Positions 48,315 to 64,000 of a stretch of DNA of 64,000 bases are shown piece by piece. The stretch is from Amoebidium appalachense (Eukaryota; Protista; Ichthyosporea). The position numbers and the translations under genes are program-made. A model generated the notes under the pieces. The model was given only the letters and a program-made list of their open reading frames with translations, was not told where the DNA came from and searched no databases. The stretch is taken from positions 9,266,468 to 9,330,467 of the forward strand of contig CAVNZM010000004.1 in the NCBI GenBank assembly GCA_963693365.1, in the 5' to 3' direction. Each line of letters starts with the position of its first letter. Position 1 is the first letter of the stretch.

Positions 48315-51300
48315 CTCTCGCTCTCGTCTCTTCATCTCCCTCTCCCTTCTCTCCCCTCCCCTCCCTCCCCCCTCTCTCTCTTCCCCTCTCCCCCCCCCCC
48401 CCCCCCCCCCCGCGCCCCCCGCGCCCAGAGAAACACACACAATAATGGTTTAATTGACCTACCCAGCATGCTGGTGAGTTTTGAGCCTCCTCAGGGTACA
48501 GATACGGATTGAGGTCTAGCTCTCGCGTAGGATATGCCTTTTTAAGCGTATTTTCGATCTTTGCGTAAACACTCAATGTTGAGTTGAGCCATATGCTGCA
48601 GTAGTCGTGAAAGTTGGGACGCTGACGGCTGTTTGCGAAAAGAACATGCGTGTGTGGTGGTGGTGGTTGTGAGGGGGGGGGGGGGGGGGGGGGGGGGGGT
48701 TGTGTGTGTGTTTGTGTGTGTGTACGTGGGCGTGTGCATATGTGCGCGCAGGTATGTGTGTCTCGGCGGGGGGGGGGGCAGGTATGGGCAATTGGGGGGG
48801 GAGGGGGTGGGGAGGGATAGGGGGGAAAGGCGGGGATGGGGGGGGAGGGAGGGGTAGGGGGAAGGCGGGGATGAGGGGGGGGGGGAAGGGGGGGGTTGGA
48901 AGGGGATCAGAGGTTTGACGGCTGACACTAGTGCGTGTTTGTGTATGTGTGTTTTGTCCTTTATAGGGGCCAATATGGGGGGATGTGTGTGGATATCCAT
49001 GCGCGCACACGCACACACGCGATCTGTAATGCGTGTGTTTGTGTGTGTGTTTGTGTGTGTAGGTGGGGGGTGGGGGGAAGGGGGGGAACACGATTTTCCC
49101 TTTCCTCTTCTTCTTCTTTTTTTGAGGGGGGGAGGGGGGGGGGGGGGGGGAGGGTAGGCGGTACATCTTTGATAATGGATTGGATAGATGAATGCTACCT
49201 GAGAAAACCAACTTCAACAATAAACCTCTATTTCACTACCACATAAATATCACGGTGCTTCTGGTGAAAGAAAGGGACCAGGGAAGGAGGGAGGGGGGAA
49301 GGAGGGAGGGGAAGGGGGGGGGGGAACGGAGTGCCTCCCGCGGATAGAATAGAAAGAAAAAAGAATCCGAAGACAAATGTTTGAAATGTAGGCAGTTAAG
49401 TAATAGAGGTGGGGAGAGTGTGAAGACAAAGGATGTCAATCGATAGATTGGATACCACGGCACAAAGAGGGGATTGACGTGTGCGTGAGGGAGTTGGGAG
49501 CGGAGGGGGGAGGGGCGGGGGGAGGGGGGAGGGAGGGGAGGGAGGGGGGAGAGGGGAGGGGGGGGGGGGGGGGGAAGAGGGGTGTATGCATACTTTCCAT
49601 ATTGTGTGTTTGTTTGGAATGCAAGGAAGAGAGCTGATTGGATGGCAGCCAACCCGTAGTCGATGGAGCCATATGGAGACACAACAAGGGGATAGTAGGC
49701 ATCGCTCCAGTTTCTCGGGGAAAAGTACATCCTGTATGTGTGCAATCACTATGTATGCATATGTGTGAAAGGAGTATGTATATATGCAAACGGGATGTAT
49801 GTATGCAAACAGTATGTATATGTGCAAACAGCATGTATATGTGCAAAAAGAATGTACTGTAACAATTGCAAACAGAAGGTAAATGTGCAAATGGTATGTA
49901 CATGTGCAAACAGTACGTATATGTGCAAACAGTTTGCATGATGTGCAAATAGCATATGCGCAAGCAGTATATGTGCAAAACAGTCAGTATGTATATGTGC
50001 AAACAGTATATGTGCAAACATGTACAAACAATATTCACATGTGCAAACGGTATGTATGTCTGCAAACAGTATATGTGCAAACAGTATGTTTGCAAACAGT
50101 TTATGTGCAAACAGTATGCACATGTAGTGTATATGTGCAGTCAGTATGTATATGTGCAAACAGTATATGTGCAAGCAGTATGTATATGTGCAAACAGTAT
50201 ATGTGCAAACAGTATGTTTGCGCATTGGTACTGCCATGTCATTGAACGTGCGGTCAGTACGCATACACAAGCGCTATAGCATGTGCAACTATATGCCTTC
50301 AAAAAAAAAAAACAGTGCGTGTGCACTGCCATACTTTGTAAGTATCACTATGGTGTGCCATTAGTATATGTGCTCAATCTTTACATTATTATACCTGTGC
50401 AGTGTGGCATGTATGAGACTACCCACGGCACAGAACTTTAACCCTTTTCCATTGAATTCATGTACCATTAATGCTGTTGGGATTAAGGGAGAAAGCCTTT
50501 TTTAAAGGGGTGGGGTGGGGGGGGGGGGGGGGGAGGGAAGCTTCAGAGGAGAAATGGAAGAGAGAATTATGAAAACGAAATCGTGCAGATAAAAGGGATG
50601 CAGGAAAAGGAGAGGTTCATATAACCTGGCTCCTGGCTAGGCACTCTTTGGATCCCGTGAGGATTACCGGGGGGAAGGGGGTGGGGGGTGGGGGAGAATG
50701 TGGGCCGTGGGGGGAAGGGGGGGGGGGGGGGGGGGGGGAAAGCAACTTACTCATCTTGCGGGCAGATTTTGAGTGCGGAGATAATCTCTCGGATTCCCTC
50801 CTGGGTCTTGGCTTTCCCTTGCAGTCCTCTCATGGCTGTGAGTGAGTGAGTGAGTGAGTGTGTGGGAAGGGGGGGGGGGGGGGGGGGGGGGGGGGGGTGA
50901 GGGGAGACGGGGGTTAATCACCGTGGGGCCTTTGAGGGGGGGGGGGGGTAGAATTTGTTACTGAATATGATACGATCAAGATGAAATTTCATTTTCGCAT
51001 GCCTGGCATCGGCCCAGAAGTCATCGATTAGTATTTCGACAGATAACCATTTATATATCTAATATTATTGGCCTGATTGGATAACATCAATAATTCCACT
51101 AGGGCCTTCTCTATTTTTTCTATGCAGCCACTTCAAACTGTCTCCCAAAAGGCAGGAGTGAAATGGATACTCGTTCAAGCATATGGAATCCTCGAGAAAA
51201 CTTTTTGATTTTGAAGTCACATAGTATATTTTACCCTACTTACCCAGGCAAACTTACCCTGTCTCCACTCCCTTTCTTTGTACCGTGCCCCTTTTCCCCT

Positions 51301-52500
51301 CCCCCCCCCCCCCCCCCCCCCCCTCCCCCCTCCCCCCTGCGCCTGCCCGTCCCCCCCAATCCCCCGTCCTCTCCCCTCCTCCCCCCCCCCCCCCTCCCCC
51401 CGGCCAACCCACCCACCCCACCCCACTTCTTCGTCCCTCTAATGCAAAACCACACCTTACCACACACCCACTGTGCCACCCACCTACCTGTTTCCACACT
51501 ACTCCAGCACTTATCCCCATATGATTCGAGGCGCAAATTTCGTGCGCATGTTTGCGCATATTCGGGAAATTTTGCCTGGGCATGCAAGGGGGCTGAAGAG
51601 GCAATGGCTCCCCACACGAGATCTGGATAGAGCATCTTGTTGCGATTTTTGTTTTTTTCGTGGGGGAGGGAGGGTGGGGTGGACGGGGAGGAGGGTGAGG
51701 GTGGGGGCAGGGAGGGGGTGGGGGCAAGGGGGGAGGAGGGGGAGGGGGGAGGGAAGGGATGGGTGGGTGTGTGGGTGGGGGGAGGGGGGGGGGGGGGGGG
51801 GGGGGGGAGGGGTATACGAGGGTCATGACACAGAATAGGGAGTGCAAAGATGTGCATCCTCACACACAGTTAGACTTCTAAACGGATATTACGATAGGGG
51901 CATAGTATGCACAGAGTCCATGGTCGGAAATGTGCGAAGTGTGGAAAAGAAAAGGGGGCTTTTTTTAAAAGGTTGTCATGTTTTTGTTGTTTTCGATGTC
52001 GTCGTATTTAGTGAAAAGGGACAGAAAAAGGGGAAAAAAGGAATAATAGGAAAGAAAAGGACCCGGAAAAGGAAAGGGGGTAGGGGATGAATTGGCATCA
52101 TTATTGTACTGAAGTCAGGAGAGAGGAAAAAGGAAAAACAAATTCAAACCCTCCCCCCCCCCCCCCCCTCCCCCCCCCCAAGAAAGCACTTCTCACCCTC
52201 AGCCACGCCGCCAAATTTCCGGGATAGCTCCCCCCAAAAGCAATCCATTTTGCGCCGTAATAGTCGATCATGCCTGACCTCCCCCCGTTGTAGAGGTTTG
52301 GTTCCCCCGAAACCCATTTCATAAATTGTGACGCATCCACAAGGGCTTGTGTGCTCGTGAGGTAGGGGAGGTGGGCTACGAGAAGAGGGTCCCCTCCTTG
52401 GATCTGGCTTTCTCCGTAGAACCTGTACGTGTGTACGTGTGCATGTGTGTGTGTTTTGGTGTGTGTGGGGGGGGGGGGGGGAGGGGGGGGGAGGAGGGGG

Positions 52501-52599
<99 letters not shown>

Positions 52600-52607
52600 T
52601 GTGAGTG

Positions 52608-52675
<68 letters not shown>

Positions 52676-53244
52676 TGTGTTTGGGGTGTGTATGTGTATG
52701 TGTTTCGGTGTGTGTGTGGAGGGGGGTGAGGGGGGGGGGGGGGGGGGAGAGGGTGGAGGTTGTTGTTTGGTGTTTGCATGTGTTGGGGGTGTGTCTATGT
52801 TTGGCATGAGAATGTGGTTTGGGCGTGTGTCATTTTAGGGTGTGCGTTTCTCTGAGGTGCACATGTGTTCGGGTTTGTGCGTGTCTGTGCTGACGATGTG
52901 TGCATGTATTCGGGGTGTGAGTGTGTTCTGGGTGTGTATGTCAGGGAAAGTAATGTGGGGGAGGAATGGGGGGAGGAGGGCAGGAATAAGAGGAAAAGAA
53001 GGAGCAGGGAAGTGGGTTAATTAGTTCAAAAGTGTGCATGAATCTGTCAAAAAGAGTTGGAATCCTGCAATGTTGGCAAGCGCGCAAAACCCAGGCTGCT
53101 CCACCATCATTTCTAAAAAGATAAAAAAATTAAAAGCAAACACTAACTGTGAGTGCAAACACACCTACACAATCCACTTGACACACAAAAAGGTTAACAT
53201 CTTCTTTCTTTCGAGGCTACCAAGACTTTCACTGTTACCAGCAT

Positions 53245-53276
<32 letters not shown>

Positions 53277-53885
53277 CTCTCTGCCCTTTTACACCCGTTC
53301 AAAGCAACACGTCTGAAGGGGTATTATGTGCCGGTCGTTTCAACCGTAGTATGTCAGCAAAAGGGGCTCGGTCTGATGCATATGAACGAAAGTTAAATAA
53401 TAATAATGATTAAAAAAAGAATAACTCTAAAAGCTTCACGGGACTGGTACCCACCCAACGGACGGAATTTTAAACTTGTCGTCTAGTAAAATGGTAAAAA
53501 CAATATTGTAAAGCCAAAAGAAACCTAGTTAACCCAAAACCGTAAAAAACTCTTGTTTTTTTTTAAAAAAAAGAAAAACCAAACGGGTGCCCACCTGTGT
53601 TCCAGCTGGAAAATGACTGCGCCAAACTGCTTTGCCCACTTTGTTATCATCATGAGGTTTGGCTGTGTTAGAACCTCGGGCGTAATGGGTCCCTCTCCGC
53701 CCACAAACAGAAATGCTGGGGTATGAACGTTGGGGGGTGTTAGTGGATGAAGGATTTTCTATGTATCATTTATGCGCGTAGGTTTTTGTGGGTATGTGTT
53801 TTTGGGTGTGTTAGTGTACGCTCACATGTATGTGTTTGTGTGTGTGTGTGTTTGTTAGCGCGCGCGCGCGCGCGCGTGTGTGTGA

Positions 53886-53958
<73 letters not shown>

Positions 53959-54605
53959 TCTGTTTCAATGTGTGTGTGGGGGGGGGGGGGGGGGGAGGGG
54001 AGACTCCAGTGAGTACATGCATGTGTCATTGGGGTGTGTGCATGTGGTTTGTGTGTGTGTATGTGTGTGTTTTGGGGGAAGGGGGCGGGGCGAGGGGAGG
54101 GGGGAGGGGGGGGGGGGGGGGGGGGGGGCAGGCATGTGCACTTCTGCACACATGCAGACGAATGGGTATGTGCCTGTCTTCACCCAGGGTCAGAAACAAG
54201 AACCTCTGGTACTTATCGTGATCGTGCATTGTCCATCGTGGAGGGTTGGCATTCTTTGTTGTAACCATATAATAAGGGTGATGGTGTTGGAAAAACATCA
54301 AAGAGGGAAACAAGAAGGGAGTATGGGGGGTGGGGGGTAAGGGGCAGAGGGGAGGGGGAGAGGGGGGGGGGGAGGGTTGGGGGGAGGGAGGGGGAAGATG
54401 GGAGTTGGGGGGTTTTTTTTTTTGGGGGGGGGGGGGGAGGGAAGGGAAGGGAGGTTTCCGGGGGTTGGGGGGGGGGGGGGGGGGGGGGGGAGGGAAGGAG
54501 GGGGCAGTCTCACCTGGGCCACCGGGCTTGTAATAATCCGTAACAATCTGGTAACGCTGTGGAAAGGGGTGGTCAGCTAGTAACCCAAGATTCGCTGGTC
54601 GCAAG

Positions 54606-54639
<34 letters not shown>

Positions 54640-54901
54640 CTGCCTTGCCTCCGTTTTTTTTTCTCCCAACTTTTATATTCTGTGTTGTGCGTATCTGCCC
54701 GTGGCCGGTAAGAGCATTTCCCCTCATAATCAGGCGAAAACCAATTGAATTCATAATTTAAATGGCGGGATGTATGCGCACGCACACCCAGTCACACATA
54801 TTCTCTTGACATTTACCTCTACCTCCCCCCCCCCCCCCCCCCCCCAAAACACACACACACACAATGATGCACACACACATGCACACACAAACGCACGCAC
54901 G

Positions 54902-54984
<83 letters not shown>

Positions 54985-57003
54985 GAGCCCACGTTCTCGA
55001 GTCGCTCTTCACATCATGGTCCCACGGCTGCGTGAAATATCTTATATCCGGATCGCCAAGTTGGGGACTTAGAATGGGTCCCCCCAAAACCTTCTCGAAA
55101 TTCTGAATGTTTTTCTCCAAAACTTGATTGAACAAACTCTTACCCTGGCCTCCTATCTGTGCCCACACACCCATCGAAGCTGTCTGATTAATTCTGCCTA
55201 GGTCGTTAACTGTTGTGTTCGATTCTCTCCTTTCCCTAAAATGGTTTAAGGCCGCTTCATCCTCATTTTGTGTACTTTCCGTATTTGGGTATGGTGACGG
55301 TTGTGTCCCTTCCCGCCAATCAAATTCATACACAATGCCATCCCCCCGCGACAATTTCGGGAAAGTGGTCATGGGGTTCATTACGAGACCTTTTGGTTGA
55401 AGTGCCGGAGGCTTAAGTGTTGCCGGTTTTGGCCCTAATCCGTTTTCGGAATCATGGGGTTGCAATATCTGTTCCGGATGCGGGGCTTTAAAGCTTTCGG
55501 CCTGGCCGTTTGAGATTTGGGATTTTGTCATTGAGTTGTCGGCACTTTTGGCGTTTTGTGCTGAAATTTCGTTGGGCCTATCAAGGTCTATCAAGCGACT
55601 CGCAGACCCTTCGGTAAAAGTGACCACTTCTGGTGGGGTCCAGGGTGGCAAATTTGCTTTGAAATCTTCGACTGGCACCGGAAGTGGAACAGGTCCTGTT
55701 GTATCCATCATGGTGGACGCCGGAACCGGATTATCTACTATGTGAGGGATATTCATGGGAATATTCTTCTCAATATTCTGAATATTCTGAGTACGCTGAA
55801 TATTCACGACGTTCTGTTGGGGTACAGCCGCCGCCACGACCGTGCGTACTTCAGGTATGCCGACACTTATAGGCGTTTGCGTAAAAAAGGTCGTCGATAC
55901 CGCGGGTAGTACTGGAGGAACGAGATGAGACGTGCTGGAGTCAACATCGGTGAGAATGTTGGGCTCTGTTTCAATGGGTTCCGGTTTCGACGCACTAGTA
56001 ATGGGCGATTCTTGCATGATTTAGCGCAAGGGGCGGAGGCAACTTTTGGCAAGGCTGGTTCGGGAACGAGCCGAGACGTGCTAGAATCGATGTCAGTTTC
56101 CATAGATGGCAACTGTGGTTCTGGTTGTGGTGCGGGGGGTGTTTCTTGCGCAAACGATCTATGAATAGGGGGCTGGGGCGGTGATGAGTCTGAGGGCACA
56201 TCTCCATCTCCAGATGCCGGAAATCTGTCGGAATTACCTACTGTATTGACGGCGTTTTTTGTTTTCTCGTTATACAAGTCTCCAGCCGTACCATGGGAAT
56301 ACGCATTCTGCACGGCATTTACAAACTGGGCATCACTGATGCTTTCAGGCAAGGGTGCAAAACGATACCCCTTTTCGCCATCTATGGGCCCAACACTCGA
56401 CCCTATAGCGCCCTCTGATACTGGTAGTACGGAGTCAAACGAAGAGTCGGAAATGTGTGCTTCGGTCTCACCTCGGCTGTAGGCATTGTGTGTTGCCTTT
56501 CCAAAATCGTCATCATTAGCGTCTTCAGGGGAAGGTGCAAGATCACCAAACTTAGAAATGGAGCCGGTTTGGACTCCTAAGGGTGGACTCATGGGTATGC
56601 TTGGGGGATTCGCTGCTGTTGTTAAAGGTGCACCCGCAGCGCTATCATCTTCAGTAACTGCACGCCGACTGATGTGTCCGGATCTGTCTGCAACCTGATG
56701 GTCTATGATGGGTTGCACATCCTCACCTGAACGCGGCGAGATTTTGGATGCTGAATATAATGTGTTGGGTGCGACCTGCATTAACTGATGGCTACCCACT
56801 CCAAGCTCCGGTGGACTTGTGCCTTTTTCAAGATCCCTGTTCCTTATGATTTTCTCTCCAGAGTGGCCTACTTGTTCTGTCACTACTCCATGCACTGCTT
56901 CAAACTCGGCCATTGGCTTGCGTGCTAGTGGGGATCGAGTGGTCACCGTGGTGTAGGTTCCAGAAAATAAACCGGCCGCAAAAACGTATCTTAGCGGCCC
57001 CAT
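44190..57003 (-). CDS. Serine carboxypeptidase family S28 (PRCP/PRSS16-like) with long N-terminal extension and GPI-like C-terminus
   Basis: Exons 57003-54983 (1-nt frameshift at 56020-56022; ends YFTQPWDH...TWAQ), 54556-54514, 53715-53595 (FLFVGGEG...LEHR), 52422-52197 (FYGES, QALVD, nucleophile GGSYPG), 51635-51488 (ASSAP), 50835-50751, 49731-49594, 48628-48463, 47730-47683 ([11 protein letters not shown]), 47026-46872, 46211-46129 (FVNG), 45470-45367 (DPW, GAHCDDM), 45066-44965, 44330-44190. The Ser-Asp-His triad motifs are intact. Confidence 0.9.
49750..50225. repeat. Minisatellite of ~16-20 bp units (ATATGTGCAAACAGT)
   Basis: Many degenerate tandem copies of ATATGTGCAAACAGT[ATGT] in an S28 intron. 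Confidence 0.9.
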
Positions 57004-58380
57004 GTTTGCTTGTGGTATAGAGCCTCAAAGACTATGAACCGGAGGTTAACTTCTAAAGAACTCTGGCGCGTAAGACAGCTGGTTCTGCTATTTCAATTAG
57101 TAATAAGTGAAGGGACATTTCTACTACGAGCTACTTTGAGCTCGCAATGGTCACTCATGCGTGACCTTAGCAAATCAATTGCACAGACAAAATGACACCA
57201 CTAGAAGCACAGCCCTTCTAAGATTTACGTATGATTTATATAGTGCCGTGCTATGTGTAGGCTTTACGTATACTATAATATTAGTTTTTGCAGGGGCTCT
57301 CGCGTTCCGAACTCGCAGTCATCCATCCTTGAGGATGTATGACTATTATCAACCAATAGAATTAGTGTAAAATAGATTAAATATGGTTAGTTTTGGAATG
57401 CCTTATGATCCAATAGTATTAGCGATAGGAATAGCTTTATTTGGTTATTGAGTATTAGAAGAATTCTCACCCTAAACCTTTACGTAATATTTCCATGTTT
57501 GGATAGCCGAGCCATCCAAGATCTTGGATATGACGTAGGTTACCAAATACAGTTGTAATACATCAGCATTATTACGTATTTGACAGCTTGGCTCTCTTGG
57601 TTCTCTTGGCTGTAAATAAAGGTTCCGGGTGCAATCCTTGTGCCGCATGATAAATACTCGAGGGTATATAATAGCGCCGCCGCCCGAAGCTCAGATTCTA
57701 GACAGGTCAGATCTGAGATATATTAAATAAACATAGCGCTTGGATACACTTGCCACGTCGCCGTACTGCGCATACCTTTGTGCGCCGCGCACCTGCGCTT
57801 TCCTCCTCCCAACGGAAAACCCCGTCATTATTTTGCAACAGTTGCTGTTTTATGGATTGGGCGAAAGAACATGTGCACCATCTTCAAGCAAGGTGATTGG
57901 TTACAGTTACATTAGCATTTGTTTCATTCGTTGACAATCATGTAGTTAACTTACCGATGCGCGTTAATCCAATTAAATGCACGCACTCTGGCACAAAAAT
58001 GCGGTCACAACGAACACAACCGTGGCGTCACGGGCCTCACGGCGTCCGACACAAACCACAGTGTTACTGGCACACTTCTTGCATACATGTGTGCACGTCT
58101 CACGTGCACTCTGAATGGAAATAAAGTGCCTGGGCTGGACACACGCCCTTATGTGGCGCATTACTGTTTATGCATCATATGTAGCACATACATCGTAATG
58201 AATGTCTGGCACTGTGGCAAATGGGTCTCAGCAGTGATGCTGTTGTGTTTTGAGTGGAAAGGGAGATACCGTGCGTAAGTGCACTTGTGTACACTTGTGT
58301 GTGTGTGTGGTGGGGGGGGGGGGGGGGGGGGGGGGGCAGAGAGAAGAGAGAGAGCCTCTGAGAGAGAGTGCTCGAGTGCT

Positions 58381-58469
<89 letters not shown>

Positions 58470-59331
58470 GGGTTTCGGGGGGAGGGAGGGGGGGGGGGGG
58501 GGGGGGGGGGAGAGACAGAGCACAGACACAATGATGATTTAATGTAAGTGCACAATAAATTATGTGTGACTTTCAGAGTACGAATACGAATGCAGAAACC
58601 CGACACACTTGTGCGGACACGTACACAGACATGCATCATGTTTGTACACGCAAATATGGTCAGTGTGATACGGGTACGCAGTATAACACACTCGCATGCA
58701 CACCGTTTACAAACCCCAAATTTGCTTCACCAACCACACAGAAGCCCTCGCTGCCGAAATGTCATTGCCCATCAGGCCACGACTCGAGCCGATGAGATTA
58801 CACATACGATTATGATAATCGTCGAATGATTACTCCTGGAGCCATGTGCATACTTCATTCACAACAACCTATTCGAATGAGCTAATTCGAATTGCTGTCG
58901 ACATAACACACCGTCACCGCAATTTATGTACTTGCATATGAATGGTAGTAGTAATTTAGGAAGTGGAGAAAGTGAAACGCATTAAAGCTTACTAGCTAGA
59001 GCTACCATAGAGCTACCATACTTGCATTGTCTTGGATTGTTCTTGAACTGGAACCTTCTACCAAAATTTCGGGACTCTACACGTGATTTTCAAGAACAAA
59101 CTCACTAAATTCCATCTCAATATCATGGAAAGAAACTACATTAGTGCTTCCGGGGGCCGGGTAACGTTGAAAGTCTACGGGTTACTAGACGGTTAAGTTT
59201 GGATATTTTTCACTTATGCGAACTTCAAGGGGCATTCAGAGAACATGACATTCAACTACAAAAGAGAAAATTAGCTGGAGAAAACCACCTTAATTAAAAA
59301 AAAAATAAAAAAAAAATAAAAAATAAAACAT

Positions 59332-63763
<4,432 letters not shown>

Positions 63764-64000
63764 CTGTGTAGGATCCAACCCACGGTTGACGGAAACCCGT
63801 GGAGGGGGGGGGGGGGGGGGGGGGGAGGGGGGTTGGGTCGGTGGGTGGGTGGATGAGTAAGGGAGGGAGGGAGGGTGTGAGTGGTTGAGTGGTTGTGTGT
63901 GTTTGGGTGTGGGTGTTATGAAAATGGCTGTGTGCATGTGGGTGCATGCATGTCTGTCTCTCTCTGTGCATGTGTGCCTGCATTCTGAAGTTTAGTTTCA

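Noticed and set aside
55867-57003. Separate 378-aa gene or programmed ribosomal frameshift
   Set aside because: The same composition and an internal repeat continue in the next frame, there is no slippery heptamer, and one added A in an AAA run fuses the ORFs.

Overview
This is eukaryotic genomic DNA from an intron-rich organism, probably a microbial eukaryote; the taxon cannot be fixed from sequence alone. Introns are saturated with long poly-G/poly-C tracts and (CA)n/(GT)n microsatellites, so almost all entries in the ORF track are artefacts. Splicing GT-AG exons by eye gives seven genes: a GT61-type glycosyltransferase (5' end outside the window), an RGS-domain protein, a 19-exon PH-FFAT-ORD oxysterol-binding protein, NUDT1/MTH1, an IQ-DH RhoGEF whose PH domain appears split by DEP and HR1 domains, an S28 serine carboxypeptidase with a long N-terminal extension and a GPI-like tail, and a DHHC palmitoyltransferase (5' end outside the window) with an 8-nt micro-exon. 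The most striking signal is a ~250-280 bp dispersed intronic repeat. About 12 copies share a 3' end (GCATTC[A/T]AAC followed by poly-C), are variably 5'-truncated, and lie sense to their host genes. The ~160-nt 5' part folds into a conserved, apparently pseudoknotted structure whose pairing survives divergence between copies. It is a candidate poly(C)-tailed structured-RNA retroposon. Several single-base frameshifts in short homopolymers suggest long-read assembly errors.
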